A DNA stretch of 63,999 nt, filler included, from Dirinaria sp. TL-2023a (GCA_051941275.1; 8 parts of 8 records of this genome joined end to end with filler, not necessarily neighbours in it); one strand, 5' to 3'. Shown: positions 11,208-24,060, counted from the first letter of the whole stretch. Made by a program: numbers and translations. The notes: a model not told the origin generated them from the letters alone.

Positions 11208-12830
11208 ATGCCGAATAGGACGCCCAAGAACGTTCCTGTTGATCTCGAATTCACCCTTCGTCGGGTATTTGGCAAAACAGCATTCAGGTACCATCTCATG
11301 CTCACCATGTCCCCAGAAAATGCTGATGGAGCCTTGCCTAGACCATTCCAGCGTGAGATAATCGCTGCAGCTCTTGACGACCACGATGTTTTCGTGCAAG
11401 CTGGTCAGCCTCAAGTCCAACCCGTAGGTTAAGCTCCGTGCTAAGTTCCCTTAGCGACATCGTTTGGAAAATCCTTATGTTATCAACTCCCTGCGGTGAT
11501 CAACCATGGTATTACCATTGTCGTATCTCCGCTCCTGGCCTTGATGAACAATCAAGTCGCTGCTCTGCGCGCCGCTAACATTGCGGTGGCAACTCTGAAT
11601 TCAAACACCCCAACTACAGAGCGCCAGGAAGTTATTGACGATCTAAAGTGTGGCCATCCGCTGACCCGCCTGCTCTACGTTACCCCGGAGTACACGCTTG
11701 CGGAAACATTTCGTAAGCATCTGAAGACCGTCCATTCGCAAGGCGAATTGGCAAGAATAGCCATCGACGAAGCCCACTGTATAAGCGAATGGGGCCACGA
11801 TTTCCGCCCCGCCTATGCCCACCTGTCTTATTTTCGGCAACAATTCTCAGATGTTCCGGTAATCTGTTTAACCGCCACTGCAACGCCAACTGTTCGCCAA
11901 GACATAATCAAGACACTAGGTCTTGACTCTGGAAAACTGAAATTGTTCTGCGCTAGCACTAGCCGCCCTAATCTGCACTACGAAGTTCGCTTTTCGAGCG
12001 ATAGTAATGACATTCGTTTCGACTCGCTCGTCAACTGGCTTCAGGGCATCTACAACCGTCGCTCTTCCTTGTCTACACGCCAAACTGCAGTAAGTGGAAT
12101 CATTTACACTTCGCGGCGCGACGATTGTACATCCCTCTCTAGCCGGCTGCGAGCTAAAGGCATCGGTGCTGCCCCATATCATGCTGGATTGCCCACGCAT
12201 GAGCGAACTGAGTGCCAGCGGCGATGGCTCAGTGGAGAAGAGGGTTATGATATTATCGTCGCCACTACAGCATTTGGAATGGGTATTGACAAGCAAGATG
12301 TCCGATTCGTGGTGCACTGGTGTCTTCCGAAGTCATTTGAAGCGTACTACCAAGAAGCCGGTAGAGCGGGCCGGGATTGTAAGGCTGGTGCATGCGTGCT
12401 ATTCTACAGTAGAGAGGATCGCGACCGCATTGCTTATAGGCTTGCGAAAGATAATGCCGGGACCGGAAATGGGAGTGCGTACGGCGAGAATGGCAACGAA
12501 GGTACCAATATAAGTACGCAAGCCAAGGGCCGTGCCGACAGTTTCCAGCAACTGGTCAAGTATTGTGAAGGCACAAAGATGTGTCGCCATCGATTCATCA
12601 GCAACTTCTTCGGTGAAGGACAAGGTGGCGCTTCAAGTCCCCGCAACCGACATACAACGAACCCTGAGCTTTCAGTGGAGGGGCGGTGGCCCGGTTGTGA
12701 CTTCGCGTGCGACTTCTGCAAGGATCGACAAAACCTCAAAGAGCGGAAGAGAGAAGGGCTCGCGAGTGAGGAATGGATAAGTACGCAGCGAGAAAGGGAT
12801 GGAGAGAGTTGGTGGGAAGGGGAAGAGTAG
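11208..12830 (+). CDS. RecQ-family ATP-dependent DNA helicase (short RecQ2/RecQ5-like type); 2 introns (~11288-11341, ~11404-11454)
   Basis: Spliced N-terminus LRRVFGKTAFRPFQREII...ATSFGKSLCYQLP, then DEAHC.SEWGHDFRP, LTATAT, ATTAFGMGIDK and YYQEAGRAGRD, with RQC Zn-binding cysteines (CRH...CDFACDFC). Confidence 0.95.
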
Positions 12831-13789
12831 CTAATCCGAAGGGCGATTGGTAAGGCAAGAAGGGTTCTCATAAACATCTTTGCGAAATTCTAGCGCCAGA
12901 AGGTTCGGGGTTGCTGGACGAGTCAAAGGCGGCTTTAGCTTCGCCCTTGCATCATCTTCTATATTTCCGTCATTCGACCGAGGTTTGCTGCCTTGACTTG
13001 ATTACAAGAAGGCATTCGCTAAGCCATGCGACAGATAGAATATCACACCATCTCCTCATTGGCGCCAGATGAGTTTTCCACGGCCTTGAATCTATCCGAA
13101 TGCCAGAGATTGGGGCAGCAACGCAGACGGCCGCATTTATTTGAGAATCGAAAGACGAGCTCAAGATATTCAGCATGATGAATTGAGCATGCCAGCGGCG
13201 ATTCCTCCGAACTCAAGGTGACGTTCTGATTTACGGTTTACTTCGTCTCGGCCAGTTTAGACAGCAGGTAATGGCAATACCATAAGCGCTGAAAACTCGT
13301 ACAACACAAAGGAAAGTATTCACATCTCTACAGATAAATCACATGTTCTGGAGCAGTAAAGTTCTCCACCTATCAGACCCCTGGAAATTGGTCGAGGTTT
13401 TAGGATGAAGCTGGTGTGCACGAATTACAGCTTCTAACCTCCCACAGCATCGAGCATGACAATGCGAAGCTTCAGGTTGCTATTCGCATTGAGCGTACTG
13501 CATCCGGCTTTCGCGAGCTTTTCGCCTGCCACATGGCTTCACCGCTTTAAGAAAAGTTAATAGCCGATTTTGTACCCCTTCTAATTGAGCATTGATCATC
13601 CTACGACCAGCAAACACCTGCCAGGATTTTGAGATCTCAGACTAGAGCTCTAGGGTAGAAGAACAATGTTTCGGTTCGGTCGCGCTCTCCTCCTGCTTTC
13701 TCTTCTACGATAATCTTCTCAAACTCTTTTATCTAGAGCATCAGAGCATCGCTATCGATGACCTTAAGAGAGTTTTTAGTCAAGATAGC

Positions 13790-14267
13790 ATTCAAAAAAG
13801 CCTGAGAAATTTTTGGCTTACACGCAAGGAGAGGGTATCCCCTCTATTTTCACCGAGGGGTTGGTGTATGGCAGCAAATAGTGACTCCGTCAATGTATGG
13901 AGACAGTTCAGCTCTACCCTATCTCGTATGTCATGTGGCTTTTCGCCCCTCTACTCTGAACAAAGAGGTCAGACGGCTGATTGGAATCAGAAGTGCATGA
14001 GACATCCACGGCAAGCCAACAGATGAAGTTGGCGCAAAGATAGCCGAATTCGCACTCGGTTCCATCGCCACCTTAGGCTCAAACAACCGTCCTATACCAA
14101 TCCACGGGTCTCTCCCTGAACTCGGAAGTCATGTTGACGTGAATTGGGCATTTCTCATTGCTTTGCTGGTCTGTATCGCGGGCGTTCATACGGTGTTGTC
14201 CGTTCTCGCCTTTCTTGCACATTCGTCAAACAAAGCTCATGTGGAGAATCAAAATGCGGTAGAGTGA
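13790..14267 (+). pseudogene. Degenerate gene for a hypothetical membrane protein (3' part)
   Basis: The frame SA*DIHGKPTDEVGAKIAEFALGSIATLGSNNRPIPIHGSLPELGSHVDVNWAFLIALLVCIAGVHTVLSVLAFL is protein-like with a C-terminal TM helix, but has an in-frame TGA. The upstream part is broken and the boundaries are approximate. Confidence 0.45.
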
Positions 14268-14433
14268 TACACAAAGATTAGCAAGCCTAAGACGTCTTCA
14301 AAGTCACGTCCCTCTGGAGATCCAATTGTGGACGCTGTGCACTCATGGCCATCAGATTTCTTCAAGGAACGAGTCAGATCGGTTAGGAATCGACCGTGTT
14401 AGTTCATGGGCGCGTTCTGCTTAACCGCCTTCC

Positions 14434-14965
14434 TTATACAACGATAGTGAAATCAACATCAGTATTATTACCACTTGAGACCTCTACGCTGACGTTGGCC
14501 GCTGCCCCGTTACCCACTTCGATGCGTTCAGCTTAACAGGGGAGGTCGAAATCATTCTCTCATTTCTTTCCCCCAGCATAAGAAATCTTACCCTCACTAC
14601 TCTTTACAAATCCATTATCCTCAGTGATCCCATTCACCCCGTATGTCATCTCGGAATCCTGTACCTGCTGCGTTTCCATCTCGCGCTGACGCTGTTTTGC
14701 TCGCTCCTCGTTCGCCAACGCTTGCTGCATGCCTTCCTTTCGCTATATGAGGGGCAACAAAGTCAGCGAGGTCGGACTCGGAAGTTGGGCAGAAAGCCCC
14801 GAGCTTCCTTACAATTTTCCCATACTGGTGCGTATGATACGCCTGCTGGGCGTTCTGGATCCCGCTCATAGGATTTGGAATAGCCGTGGTGGCGCCTGCT
14901 GCCTTGCTGGCGATATCCAGGCCTTGCGATGCGCCTTCATAGTTCTTGTAAGGGCTCTTAGACAT
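14434..14965 (-). CDS. Hypothetical (orphan) protein of about 128 aa, two predicted introns
   Basis: GTAAGG...GCTGAC...TAG and GTAAGA...AAG introns join the exons in frame: MSKSPYKNYEG...YGKIRKEGMQQALANEERAKQRQREME...TDVDFTIVV*. The second intron has a weak branch point. Confidence 0.5.
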
Positions 14966-16015
14966 GCTTTAGGGCAGTTGGGGTTGTCTTGATAGGCAGC
15001 GGTACTTGTACCAGGAGGCGGGGCTCTACAATGCGAGGTTCAGTGATGGGAAGAATGCTAAGAACAGATCTTGACATTGAGGGCGGGGCATCCTTTTAAA
15101 GGAATAATGTGGGCATCGAGCCCCTCGACGCCTACAGTACTATGCCAAGTTTAAGGCAACAACTACTCGGGTCTTCGACAGCCAGTCGATGGGTGAGGCG
15201 TGAGCCGTTGAGGCAACCATGAGGCATATCATTGGACGCAATGTAAAGCACACATAGCTTATGCTTGGACGACAGTCACGCGAAGCGGGGGCTCACATAA
15301 GTCTACTGACGATGCAAAACATTCCTGAAATGGCGGTCAAAAACGGCTCAGAGCAAAAAAAAAACTTTGCGGCAATAACAATTCATTGGTCCCAATTTTT
15401 TTTCTCCCATTGTCATAAGAATCGAGATTGGGTCTCTTGGTGAAGGCTGTCTTTTGAGACGTATAAAGAAAGAAAACCGACTCAGTCTTTTCATCAATAA
15501 TATCATCGCTTAGACATTTATCCATGGTAGCATATCTAAGCTTTCCCGCTCATAATTTAGTCCATGGTTGATCGTCATGTAAAACTAACTCCAGAGATCC
15601 CGTTCCTCGTCTCTCGAATAACATCGACTTAAAAGACCATTTTGAACTATTCCCATACCTCACTGCCTTTCTCAGCATTTAAACCCCTGCCCGCGATAAC
15701 CAACCCTTCACAGCATGAATCGCTCCTTTCTCATCAGCACCCGATTCACATATCTCACTCAGATATCTTGTTTTCCCCCCTTTTGTATCCACGCTGTGAG
15801 TTCGATATATCGAGCAAATATTCATTTCAGGTTGGTATACATATTCGGTTATGGGGAATGGATGAAGAAAAGAGAGGGGTTTTGAATCTCTGCTGTTGCT
15901 GTGCAGTACTGGTTTTGTGATCTTTATTCTCAGATGTGAAAGTTAGAGAGGCTTGATTAATGTAAGGTGTTGCTTTTGTTCGGTTGTTTGCTACCTTTTT
16001 TTTTTTTTTTTTTTT

Positions 16016-16115
16016 NNNNNNNNNNNNNNNNNNNNNNNNNNNNNNNNNNNNNNNNNNNNTTAATTAATTAANNNNNNNNNNNNNNNNNNNNNNNNNNNNN
16101 NNNNNNNNNNNNNNN
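16016..16115. other. Artificial contig linker
   Basis: 44 N + TTAATTAATTAA + 44 N. Confidence 0.99.
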
Positions 16116-17248
16116 AGCGTTGGCGGCACAACAATTCCGTATCCAGATTTGATGACAGCGACATCCAACACACGTTCGTTGTCTTCATCACGGCGCTTCT
16201 CATCGTCACGGCTCTTTCGATTCTGGTCCCTGTGCATCATTCTTCACTACTCAGGCCTTTGAGTTCAGAAGAGATCGGTGTTATGCATGGTCTTATTAGC
16301 CATGACCCAGGATGCCGGAAGTTGCTGGATGATGACGAGGAGAAGGAGGTGGTAAGTAGTGTCAAGCGTGGCTGTGAATTGCATGCTGGGTTGATAGAAG
16401 GACTTGGGATCGCCAGAGATGAAGTGGATTGGAATGGAGTTCTAGGAGGGTTGAGAGAGGTGAATACATCTTCCATCAGAAGCTAGGTGATTGTGGCTCG
16501 CTCGCCGGTACGGTAGTGCAATAATTGTTCGTGATTGCATGTTGCATTGTTATCAACCGCGTCGTGAGGGTAGTTTGTCGCTATCCCAGATTTAGAGAAC
16601 TTGGTGCCATTTTACTAGAAGGTGATCCTGGGTGCTTCAGGACTTGTGATGCTCAAAAGGAATTAATTTAATACCACTGCAGTTGGGTTGAGAGAGCTGA
16701 GTACGTTCAGCAGCAAATACAGTATCTTGCGTTTTTTAGAAGATCAGGAAGTCAATGTGCGCTGACGATTGGCCTAATTCTTACTTTACGTTCCAGAGTG
16801 AGTAGTTCGTGAAGCTGTAATCGACTACATGGTCCGGCCGATAGTGAATGGTTGGCCGTCTAGAAGGTGTTCAGGATCGATTCTGAGATAGACTCAGGGG
16901 CGGGGTGTTAATGCTAGTCTAATGTCTAGTATCTGGACACAGACTATGAGCGTACATTATAAGGTGTGAGCCCATGCCTATATTTATTAATGTAGATTTA
17001 TGCGGGATCTTTCTCTTACCGTTCTGGCCGAGATGCAACTGCGGATATCTAGGTCGCGGCGCCATCAGATTTCTAGCGTCTCATGACTGAGGATGAGATT
17101 TTGCATTAAGTCAGTTGAGTCTGTGGGACGGTGGCTCCGTCATATACCAAATTATTTCCATTCGCGCTGTCCGCTTGTGTTCCATTTTCACCATGCTCAG
17201 GAGTTGAATGGAGGAAGAGGCTTCTTTTGATAACGTCAAAGAGCTCGC

Positions 17249-18185
17249 TCACACATCTTCGGGCATTTGGTTTCCGTTATTGTATGGGATTCCAGGCTCA
17301 TTCGATGTCAGACCGAGAAAACCCTCGTCCCCCCATTGAGGATCATGTAATGGATCCCCAGAGCCGTCGTCAACGAGCGCTGGCTTCTCCTCTTCGTCGT
17401 TGAATTGCTCCGTACACGTCATGCATACGGCTATAGCGTACTCACCGTCATGTGTGATGCTCAACTCAGCACATTGGCGGTCTTCATCCGCGATCTTGGT
17501 TCGGCGTTTGAAGAACCTTTGTGCGCCATCGTTCCACCCTTCCACGAAGATCCCATTGTCAATTCGACCGTAATAGTAAACGCTCGGTCCGCTGAGTTTC
17601 GTCGAATCATTGAATCCTCGAAGACCTCGATGTTTGGCGAGATCTGTAGGTATCCAGACAATGTCACGCGGTGGGTCCACCAAGAGCAATGGCTTGGATT
17701 TCCCGGGGTCCATTGGAGCAGACCGGCCGTCCTCGCCCCCCAGAATATGTATATCTTGAAAATGTAGCCGGCGGGAATGGGCTTTTATCGCCGCCTCTTT
17801 AGCTGCCCACCTGAAAGTAGGGAAAGACGTAGAACGTCAGTCACTATGTTCAGTCGTCCTGTAAGAGCCAACCATACCTTCCAGCCAAAAAGCGAAGCAG
17901 TTGCGCTTCTGATGAACGTTCATATCCTTTCATCATGTTCGATGTTATGGCTGGGAAGAGCAGTATTTGATGCAGTATATCTTTGTATGATCTCCCCGTG
18001 TATTCTTCTTTTCCCTCCAGAGCAGCCGCAACACGATGGCACAGTCCAGACCATTCTAATCTGGTGAAGAATTTTCGCGCGTACGCAGGAAGCCATTCGG
18101 GCCTCGAAAGATATCTTCCGAAGCGGGGCATGCTGCATATGTCCATGCCGATACGTAGAGGGTAAGGGAATGGCTTGGGAGGCAT
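17249..18185 (-). CDS. AcpS-type 4'-phosphopantetheinyl transferase (mitochondrial holo-ACP synthase, PptB/Ppt2-like); intron 17811-17877
   Basis: PFPYPLRIGMDIC, FLAGR|WAAKEAAIKA across the intron, and LSITHDGEYAIAVC. Confidence 0.88.
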
Positions 18186-18612
18186 TCTGCTTCTAGTCGT
18201 TGAATATTGAGACTTTCAGGCTAACCCTATGTCCTTATTTAGTGCTATCGGGCTTGAACCTCAGGCAGCCGTTCCAGGTTCCAGGACGAAGAACCACGGC
18301 GCTCGCCGCATAGTGGTGCTCCCTGGGTGGTCCAAAGCGCATTGTCTGTGTAGAAAGATGGGTATGAGCATGGAGGGCATCGAAATTCGCTTTCCTTCGA
18401 TACATATCGTAGACAGGAATGCAAGGAAATAGGTAAGGTGCATTACCTAAGGTAGGTACATACCTTATATTTACCTTACGACACTTGCATATGATACCAT
18501 AGTCTGTATAGGCAAAGTTTATAAAATATATATTTAATTATGATCCGTGACAGGTTGTTGGAGCTTTGGGTAAGCTTAATCGCATCAATTTAAATTATAA
18601 ACCTTACTAACC

Positions 18613-18692
18613 GATTGTCCAGCGCAATGGTAGCGCGTGTCTCTCCTATATTCGTTAAGACAAGGTTGAGGGTTCGAGTCCCTTGAGCTTCG
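18613..18692 (+). tRNA. tRNA-Arg(CCT)-like gene with 8-nt intron and defective acceptor stem (tRNA variant or pseudo-tRNA)
   Basis: D arm GCGC-AATGGTA-GCGC; anticodon stem TGTCT/AGACA with loop CT-CCT-A[intron 18649-18656]A; T arm GAGGG-TTCGAGT-CCCTT; T-run terminator a few nt downstream. Confidence 0.7.
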
Positions 18693-19084
18693 GAAATTTT
18701 TTGCAATTTCATTTCTTTTGCTACAGACTCTGCGCATAGAAGCTTCATGACGTGTTAGAACAGTTTGTCATCCCATCAGACAAGTCCTTTACAAATACTC
18801 GGTATACATGAGCGGTTGGCTGTTCATGCCATTCTGGAAATTTCACTCCGATGCAAGGAGCAAATGTTTTGCATCACTATAATGAATGTTCTGGTCTCGT
18901 ATTGTCTCAAGTGCCTCTTACGTTCTATTCAATTTGGGTTGCGAAACAGCTTTGTATGTTCCAATTAGTGCAAAAGCATTTGGATTTTGCAAGCATATAA
19001 TCGACCAATGCTCTGTAACCAGAGCTCTCTGCAACACAACGCCATTCTTATTGCTTTTCCACTACAGACATCATCGCAAGCGCC

Positions 19085-20155
19085 ATGCCATTTTCCCATC
19101 ACAGTCACTCAGGCCAGTTTTGTGGCCATGCCAAAAACACACTTGAGGAAGTTGTGCAGGCGGCCATCGGAAGAAAGATGCGAGTGTTTGCTCTAACTGA
19201 GCATATGCCTCGGGCAGATGAAGATCTGTACCCAGAGGAGGTAAGTTCTCTTCAAGTCGGAAGGGCAATGGCTAACCTCGGTCTTCAGATTGAGGGGTCT
19301 TTGACGGCAGCTCATCTTGAAAAGCTGTTCGACGATTACTATTTTGAAGCTCTAAGGTTACAGAAGAAATATGCCTCCCAGATCAAAATTCTCGTAGGGG
19401 TAGAAATTGACTGGATCAGACCATCATCCCATGAATACATCTCAAACTTGTTAAAGAAATACCAGTTCGAGCTTTTTATTGGCTCCGTACATCATGTGCA
19501 TGAAAAACCAATCGACTATGATTATAATTTTTACGCTGTAGCTCGTGAAATGTCCGGAGGCAGCGATGAAAAACTCTACGAGGCTTATTTCGACCTTCAA
19601 TACCAGATGCTAGAGTTGCTCAAGCCGCCAATCGTTGGACACTTTGACGTGATACGGTTAAAAGCCGATGAACCCGACGGCAGCCTCATGCATTGGCCAG
19701 GGGTTTGGCACAAGATCTCGCGCAATCTCGATCTTGTAGCAGGGTATGGTGGAATTCTGGAGCTTAACTCGGCAGCATTGAGGAAAGGCATGGCGCAGCC
19801 GTATCCGCAACAAGAGATATGCAATGTAAGGCCGTTGAAATGTGCCCCCACGCACGTTGCTAATCACCGGCATTAGTTGTTTCTCGAGAAAGGTGGGCAG
19901 TTCACCCTATCTGATGACAGCCATGGGGTTGATCAAGTGGCCACGAATTACGACAAGCTCTTGCAATTCGTCGAAAGGACAGGCATCAAGGAAGTAGTCT
20001 ACTTGCGGCAAGGATCAGCCACGACAGATGCCAGATTCCCGAACATTTCAACAGACATAGTTACATTGCAGGATCTCAAAGAGATATGGGCTAGGGCTAG
20101 GGCACTTGAGACATCCGATGGTCAAGCAACAAGGGAAAAGGCTATAATAAAATGA
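19085..20155 (+). CDS. HIS2: Histidinol-phosphatase (PHP family); 2 introns
   Basis: MPFSHHSHSGQFCGHA, LTEHMPR, GSVHHV, GHFDVIR, ELNSAALRKG and LSDDSHG. Introns lie at ~19240-19287 and ~19826-19876. Confidence 0.93.
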
Positions 20156-21969
20156 AAAGACAATGGATAAAAAAGAGCAAGCAACCTCCGCCTGGCCTCG
20201 CTTCCCAAATAATGCCACCAAGTGGCCGACGTACAAATTGCTTTAAGAGGACTGACCATCATTGAAGCGAGTCTCCTAGGCCACACTAATATCTCACGTC
20301 TATCTAGGCTCCGAAGATCATGGAAGTACGCATCCGGCGCGGCAAACTGAATAACCATCATTGGCTACTTTCTCCGTTTATATGTCAGGTTGATAGGTGC
20401 GTGGCACGGTAATTTGGAATATGGACACTGAGACGTTGGTATAATGACGAGACCTGATAGGGTCGTTTGCAATCATTAGTTAGATCACACCATTGATGTG
20501 CCTTGTTGAATTGCACGACGCTTCCCCCCAGAGCCCACATCGGCCTCGGGGAGGAGGGGAGGTAGGACTGGAGGGCAGCTCTTCGCTGGCATGGACAGAC
20601 CCCACGTCGATTTGCAGTAGTTTCGCGACGGCCATCTCTAACCCCACAAACTTGCCAACACACCCAGCCTCGTTCAGGTAGGACGGTGCAGAATCTCTGT
20701 CGAGCAGTGAAAGAATTAATGTTTATCTTACACACCGTGCTATAGACTTCGGCTTGTAGAATGGCAGGTGCTAGCCGGATCTTTCCCCGAGGGCAGGGGG
20801 GCTGTCGCGAGTAATGGCGCCGGCAGGAATTGGTATGCAGGCTGCATGTACATGCCAGAAGAAGGTGTCAAAGTAAACCAGGGCGTTGATGAGACTCTGA
20901 GAGGAGGTGATTGGTGGGCTATCATGCTGTCCGGCGTGACTGCACAACACCACTACATGGCCACTTTGTACATTGTTCATAGCCGATTTGATTTGTGCCT
21001 TGACTAGTTCGTTGGGAGTAGACACAGCAGGCACAGCAGGCACAAGGACCTTTTGACGTGCTACAACGGAATCAACCGCTTCGACCGCCTGTTCGCGAAG
21101 GATTCCAGAACGTTCATGGTTGAGCCGATCGGATAGTGATGTCGGATCTGCAGCTGTCAAATTCAACAGTCGAGGGTTGGCAAGCGAGCCTCCAACAGCC
21201 TCTTTTTTTTTTTATTTTTTTTTATTTTTTTTCCCCTTTTTTCTTCTGGCGTCCCAGTGCTCTGTACGAGTAAAGCTATCCTTGCGTGCGCCTTTTCGGG
21301 GTGGCCTAAGGTGAGCCATAGTATCGGGTTCCATGGTCCCCCCAAACAACCCAGCCCTTATGTGGGCAAGTCGACCGCAGGCTGGACCGGCTAAACCAGC
21401 CCCAGTCTACTTGTACATCCATCGCTTCTCTAGTCTCAGAACCGAAGTGGGATGATTAAGGTACTACAGTCTTCATTCGACCCTTTGGCCCTGGCGCCAG
21501 CGAGCTGCTTCCCTATCCGCCGATCATTCGACAGCAGGCCCTCGAGGAGTCTCGAACGGAGACCCCGTCAGGCAGATTGAACGTTGCAACAAAAAATGTC
21601 CACGGAGCTGCCTCACCTGGTAATTGGCTCAGCGTCATACTTCCACAACCTTGTCCACTCTGATCCTAGCATGATGTCCGCCGAAAACACCGCACTGCGA
21701 GCCCACCGAGGCCTGAAGTCTACCTTCCCCACCCTCTCCACCTGCCAAAAATATCTACAAGACTCGAGGTTCCAGGCCTGTCTTCATCCAGAGTGAAGGT
21801 CCTCGACATTTCCCTTACTCAATTAAAGGAATATTTCCCGTGCGGCCTACAATCCGCTTCATTCACTTCGACCACGACATTCAACCAACCCTCTTCCTGA
21901 AATCCCAATCTCAATCCTCAGCTACACTCGATTCTTTGCACCAAGGATCAACAGCTACACAAGCATACA

Positions 21970-22729
21970 ATGGGCGTCGAAAAAGAGATCCTGAAGGCAG
22001 GCAACGGGGTAGACTACCCAAACAAGGGGGACGACGTCACGATCGAGTACACTGGCAATCTGTATGACGAGACTCAAGCAAGTAACAACTACCGCGGCAA
22101 TCAGTGAGTGTTTGTGCCCTCTGGTATCCGACGGTGGCTTACCAAACAATCAGGTTCGATTCATCGGTGGGACGAGGGGACTTTCAAACACGGATTGGCG
22201 TTGGGCAAGTGATCAGAGGTTTGCTCCAGCCGACATACCCCTCTTCACTGCGGTAATAACTTGTCCCAGGCTGGGATGAGGGCGTGGTCAGCATGAGTTT
22301 GGGGGAGAAGAGCGTCCTCACCATCTCGCCGTACGTTTGCTGCCCCTTGCTTTGAAGGAAGCGGTCTGGGTTGGCTTCCGATTGGACGACTGTGCTGACT
22401 AGAATTCTTCTGCAGCGATTACGCATACGGTGAACGGTAAGCTGCCGAGCAACTTCTCCACATCAACTGTCTTACCTCAGCATTACGTTGAAATCATCAT
22501 TCTGCCTGACTGGGAAGGCAGATGGCTAACGAGTGTCTCATGGTAACAGGGGGTTTCCAGGTTTGATCCCTGCAGGTTCTACGCTGGTCTTGTGAGTCAC
22601 GGGCCCCCTTTTCAGTCAAGGACACCTTCTATGCCTACCTATTTAAAGCCATCATGAGCCAAGTGAGAGGGGAAGCTTACAATGTCTAGCGTGGTGGAGC
22701 TCAAAGCCATCAATGACAAACAGGCTTAA
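21970..22729 (+). CDS. FPR1: FKBP12-type peptidyl-prolyl cis-trans isomerase; 5 introns
   Basis: Spliced product MGVEKEILKAGNGVDYPKQGDDVTIEYTG...[76 protein letters not shown]. The ORF track misses it because the exons are short. Confidence 0.95.
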
Positions 22730-23999
22730 GTAGTAGCCTACGCACGGCTTGCCTGTCAACTCGGTTAAGATGCTTGACGAATTTTCTTGGTTTCCGGTTA
22801 CAGTCAGCAGATTGCGTTGCTAAAACGGATGCTCCTGCAAGAGCCTTGCAGTGGGTTTAGATCAAAAGTGGCAGTCCTTGTTCGACCGGTGATAGAGTAT
22901 ACCTCTCCTGCTGGTGAGGCAATCCTTGTGCGCTCTCTTTGGATGTGAAGTGTTTCTTAAGTGGTAGTCTTGGTACTCTGATCTTTCACTGGGATGATAC
23001 GGGATGATAGAGCTGCGACGATGATGATAGCTCTCGCCATGGGCTCTAAAGCAACATAATTTGTCAGCACGCGAGTACCTAATCATTACCCAATATTCGG
23101 CTCGTTTATACCCCCTCTTCGCTCCCATGAATCGTCCATAAGCTCGGAAGCTTAAGCGAAATCTCAACTTGTGGCCATCCAGTTCCAGCATGTGCCGAGA
23201 CACGAGCTAGTCTATGAGATTTACCTTAACCTCCTCCCATTTACAACAAAGATCACATTCAACACGCAGTCGACTTTGCCATGCCTCGACGAACTTGACA
23301 TCTCTTCAACCTTACAAAGAAAGATCTAATCAGGTCCTAGCTCATACTATGTCACACGGGTATAGTCCCATATCATATTGTTCAGCTTTGGGATCGCTCT
23401 CTACATTGCCTCGAACCTATCACTTCTTTTAGATTAAAGCCTTCACCTGAACTGCAAACAGGGTAACATATCAATCTCAGATCCAATCTCGTCATTGGCG
23501 CCTTCTTATGCAACTCCCAGCACTGCATACCACACCTCCCACAACCTGCCCAAGAACTCCCCCTTCGTGGGATATTCCATCCACAGAATGTTTCAGCATC
23601 CCCTCTGTACACCTCCGAGACTTCTTCCAACATAAACCCTCCTTCCGCCTTATCAGATAAGATATCACGATGGAACCTTTCCCTTCTCTCCCTATACCTC
23701 CACCATCAAAGTAAACGCCACCCTGTATCCTAAGTCCTAGCGGGCCCTCCATCCCCCCCCAAAAAACAACCCAGGTTCCTCCTTCCCTCCACACCAAGTA
23801 TGACCATCACAAGGCACAAACGCATTATTGAGAACCTCCACATAAGATCAATATATGGACCTCCCCAGTTGCTCTAGAATGAGGTCTCCATTTCCGAATA
23901 CACACCAAAAGAGAGAGAAAAAGATCATTAGCCCCCTTCCCCTTCGTATCGGTACCTAGCAAGAATAGGCACTTTTACTCCATTACTGTATTGCTTCAT

Positions 24000-24060
24000 T
24001 TCTTCTTCTTCTTCTTCTTCTTCTTCTTCTTCTTCTTCTTCTTCTTCTTCTTCTTCTTCT
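24000..24060. repeat. (CTT)n microsatellite at contig end
   Basis: About 20 perfect CTT units running into the linker. Confidence 0.95.

Noticed and set aside
16116..16240. Minus-strand ORF start MMHRDQNRKSRDDEKRRDED... running into the linker
   Set aside because: Only about 40 codons are visible, so a gene cannot be supported.
18220..18230. CTAACCCTA as a telomerase RNA template
   Set aside because: It lies just upstream of the PPTase start codon, with a tRNA-like gene and HIS2 within 900 bp. There is no room for a kilobase-scale fungal TER, and a 9-mer match is weak evidence.
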